A DNA stretch of 58,346 bases, from NCBI GenBank assembly GCA_031416315.1, contig JANOTL010000002.1, forward strand, positions 1 through 58,346. The letters run 5' to 3'. This DNA comes from Pseudomonadota bacterium (lineage in GTDB: Bacteria; Bdellovibrionota_B; Oligoflexia; Oligoflexales; CAIYRB01). Below, piece by piece: positions 56,045 through 58,346 of this stretch. Both the position numbers and the translations under genes were made by a program. Numbering within the stretch: the stretch's first letter is position 1; each line of letters opens with the position of its first letter. The notes under the pieces were generated by a model. That model was not told the origin of the DNA. It saw only the letters and a program-made list of their open reading frames with translations, and searched no databases.

Positions 56045-58084
56045 ATGAACCATCGCTTCGCCACCCTCGCGCTGTCGCTCCTTCTGGGCGTCGTGCTCGC
56101 GTACTCGAATCACTTCGGCAACGGCTTCCATTTCGACGACGACCACACAGTCGTCGAGAACCTCTACATCCGCGACCTGAAGAACATCCCGCTGTACTTT
56201 CAGGACGCGGGCACTTTCAGCACGATGGTGTCGAACCGCGGCTACCGCCCGCTCGTGACCACGACGCTCGCGATCGACTACGCCATCGGCGGCGGTTTGA
56301 AGCCGCAGGCCTTTCACGCGAGCCAGTTTCTCTCGCTCCTCCTCACGGGATTTCTGCTCGCCCTCCTCTACCGCGCCCTGCTCGACATCTCCGCCGCCAA
56401 GCCGCGGCATCGCGAGGTCGCGGCGATCGCCGCGGGGCTCTTCTGCATCCATACGGCGAACACCGAAACGGTGAACTACGTCATCGAGCGCTCCGACCTC
56501 TTGTCGACCCTCGGCGCCGTCTTGTCTTTCCTCGTCTTCGTGAAGCGGCCGGCGTGGCGCAAATACCAACTCTACCTCGTACCGATGGTCTTGGGCGCGC
56601 TGTGCAAGCCGCCAGCCGTGATGCTCATCCCACTGCTCTTGATGTACGTCCTTCTCTTCGAGGAGGACCTCTCGGGCCCTGATCTTCTGCGCCGCGGCAC
56701 GCTGAGGAAGGTCGTGCCGCATGTCGTTCGCCTCCTGCCGGCGTTCGTGGTCGCGACCCTCACCACGATTTTCTTGAGCGAGATGCAGCGGCGGGCCTCC
56801 GCCGGCTCGCTCGTCGGCGGCGCCGCTGCTCATCCACACTGGGATTATCTGATCACCCAAACCACGTCCTACGTGCATTACCTTCGCCTCTTCATCCTTC
56901 CCGTCGGACTCTTGGCCGATACCATGCAAACCGCCTTGAGCAACACCTTCGACCCGGCCGTCATCTTCAGCACCCTCGTCCTACTCGCCCTCGGCGTCTA
57001 CGCCTGGCGCAGCTCGGTCCGCCGCGAGACCCGGCTCGTCACGTTCGGCATCGCGTGGTTCTTCCTGACCCTGGCGCCGACCTCGAGCCTCGTGCCGCTC
57101 TCCCAGGTGGTGAGCGAGCACCGCATCTTCTTCCCGTACGTCGGGCTCATGCTCGCCGTCGCCGCCTGGGTCAGCGACTGGATCGACCGTCCCGCGAAAA
57201 AGGCGCTGCGTCCCGTGCGCGAACGGCGCGCCTTCCAGGTCGCCGTCTTTGTGTTCGTCCTCTTAGGCATCGGCACCTACCTGCGAAACCGCGTCTGGGC
57301 CACCGACGAGACGCTCTGGCGCGACGTCACCGAGAAAGAGCCGAAGAACACGCGCGCGCAGAACAACTACGGCCTCGTCTTCCTCGGCCGCGGCGACTAC
57401 GAAAAAGCCCGCGACGTCTTCCGGCACACGATCAAGCTGAACCCCAACTACCAAGTCGCGCACATCAACCTCGGCATCGCGCTCGACAACCTGGGCCAAA
57501 AGGTCGAGGCCGAGCGGAGCTTCCGGGAGGCCTTGCGCCTTTGGGACGGCAACTCGGACGCGCACTACCTCTACGCGCGCTCCCTCTTGGAGCAGATGCG
57601 CCTCGCGGAGGCGACCGTCCGGGCCGAGGCCGCCCTCGCCATCTCGCCGCAATCGGCGAAGATCCGCTTTCTGCTGATGAAGATCTACAAAGCCGCGGGC
57701 GAGACCGGGAAGCTCTGCAAGCTCGTCTCCGAAGCGCTCGCCCTCGTTCCCAACGACGCCGACGCGCTCGAATACCGTGCGAGCTGCGATCCCGGCGCCG
57801 CGGCGGCCGCCAAGGCCGAAGGCGACGTGAAATCGAAGATGAGCGCCGCCGTCGAGACGATGTACACGAAGAAGGATCCCGCCGCGGCGGTCCCGCTATT
57901 CCAGCAGATTTTAGCCGAGAATCCGACGCACTTCGGCGCGACGTTCCAGCTGGCGAAAGCGCTCGATGCGACGGGGCGGCGCGCGGAGGCGCGGCCGATT
58001 TGGGAGAAGCTTTTGCCGATGGCTGAAGGGTACAAGGATCGGGAGACTACGGCGGTGGCTAAGAAGCGGTTGAGTGAGCCGTGA
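56045..58084 (+). CDS. TMTC-like GT-C membrane glycosyltransferase with TPR repeats
   Basis: FHFDD, YRPL, E.VNY..RS, SEHRIF.P, RNRVW..ETLW, followed by TPR repeats. Confidence 0.85.
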   Translation: MNHRFATLALSLLLGVVLAYSNHFGNGFHFDDDHTVVENLYIRDLKNIPLYFQDAGTFSTMVSNRGYRPLVTTTLAIDYAIGGGLKPQAFHASQFLSLLLTGFLLALLYRALLDISAAKPRHREVAAIAAGLFCIHTANTETVNYVIERSDLLSTLGAVLSFLVFVKRPAWRKYQLYLVPMVLGALCKPPAVMLIPLLLMYVLLFEEDLSGPDLLRRGTLRKVVPHVVRLLPAFVVATLTTIFLSEMQRRASAGSLVGGAAAHPHWDYLITQTTSYVHYLRLFILPVGLLADTMQTALSNTFDPAVIFSTLVLLALGVYAWRSSVRRETRLVTFGIAWFFLTLAPTSSLVPLSQVVSEHRIFFPYVGLMLAVAAWVSDWIDRPAKKALRPVRERRAFQVAVFVFVLLGIGTYLRNRVWATDETLWRDVTEKEPKNTRAQNNYGLVFLGRGDYEKARDVFRHTIKLNPNYQVAHINLGIALDNLGQKVEAERSFREALRLWDGNSDAHYLYARSLLEQMRLAEATVRAEAALAISPQSAKIRFLLMKIYKAAGETGKLCKLVSEALALVPNDADALEYRASCDPGAAAAAKAEGDVKSKMSAAVETMYTKKDPAAAVPLFQQILAENPTHFGATFQLAKALDATGRRAEARPIWEKLLPMAEGYKDRETTAVAKKRLSEP

Positions 58085-58095
58085 TTTCGCTCAAC

Positions 58096-58140
58096 CTAAA
58101 AGCTAAAAGCTAAAAGCTAAAGGTCGAACGTCAAACGTCG
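58096..58140. repeat. Heptamer tandem repeats (CTAAAAG)x3 + CTAAAG, then GTCGAAC-GTCAAAC-GTCG
   Basis: Read directly from the sequence, just after the TPR gene stop. Confidence 0.7.
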
Positions 58141-58346
58141 GGCTTAGAGGGTGTCTAAAAAGGCGCGGGACGTAGGTTTACGGTCCCGCGATCCGCAACC
58201 GCTGGCCGCTTGCGGCATTCCGCGGTCCGTGCTCCGCCGACCGCTTTCTGCCTGCCGCTGACGGCATGCTGCTAGCCGCATGTCCGTGCTCCGCGCTGCC
58301 GGCCCAACCATTTTCGCTTGCCTTTCTCTTCGTCTTGGTTTTCCCG

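Noticed and set aside
1..58346. CRISPR array, tRNA/rRNA, integrase, reverse transcriptase or prophage genes
   Set aside because: No spaced direct repeats, RNA-gene signatures or such protein motifs were found by eye.

Overview
High-GC bacterial chromosomal window, densely coding, with no rRNA, tRNA, CRISPR array or intact transposase visible. The gene style (many secreted lipoproteins and peptidases, AgmX/PglI-type and Cys-rich proteins) suggests a Bdellovibrionota/Myxococcota-like organism; this is inference. From left to right: (1) a stressosome operon (rsbR-rsbS-rsbT, an RsbT-like/PP2C phosphatase, an RsbT-like/HK/REC hybrid, and a REC protein cut by the window edge); (2) a secreted amidohydrolase, a C45 hydrolase, two CxxCH proteins, an S41 peptidase and an Omp85 paralog; (3) a tightly packed four-gene cluster led by an alpha-solenoid protein with a C-terminal HEPN-like RxxxxH motif, followed by a di-heme lipoprotein, a Cys-rich protein and an AgmX/PglI protein; (4) a 5'-truncated gene, an HTH-REC-PilZ regulator, uppS, an OmpR-type two-component pair and a porin; (5) a long palindrome, fabG-fabH and a serpin; (6) a cobalamin riboswitch ahead of a lipoprotein and TonB-dependent receptor; (7) C13 peptidase, ankyrin protein and Zn-metalloprotease; (8) tolQRAB followed by an adenylate cyclase instead of pal; (9) alpha/beta hydrolase, peroxiredoxin and a degenerate GalE; (10) bioB-bioF and a fused bioD-bioA; (11) M14 peptidase, Tsr3/DUF367-like and TPM genes; (12) a very acidic protein, a beta-barrel and a TMTC-like TPR glycosyltransferase. 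Best candidates for novelty: the solenoid-HEPN cluster, the bacterial Tsr3-like gene, the triple-RsbT stressosome output, and recurring G-rich to C-rich strand switches at transcription-unit boundaries. All family calls come from reading motifs by eye; no database search was run.
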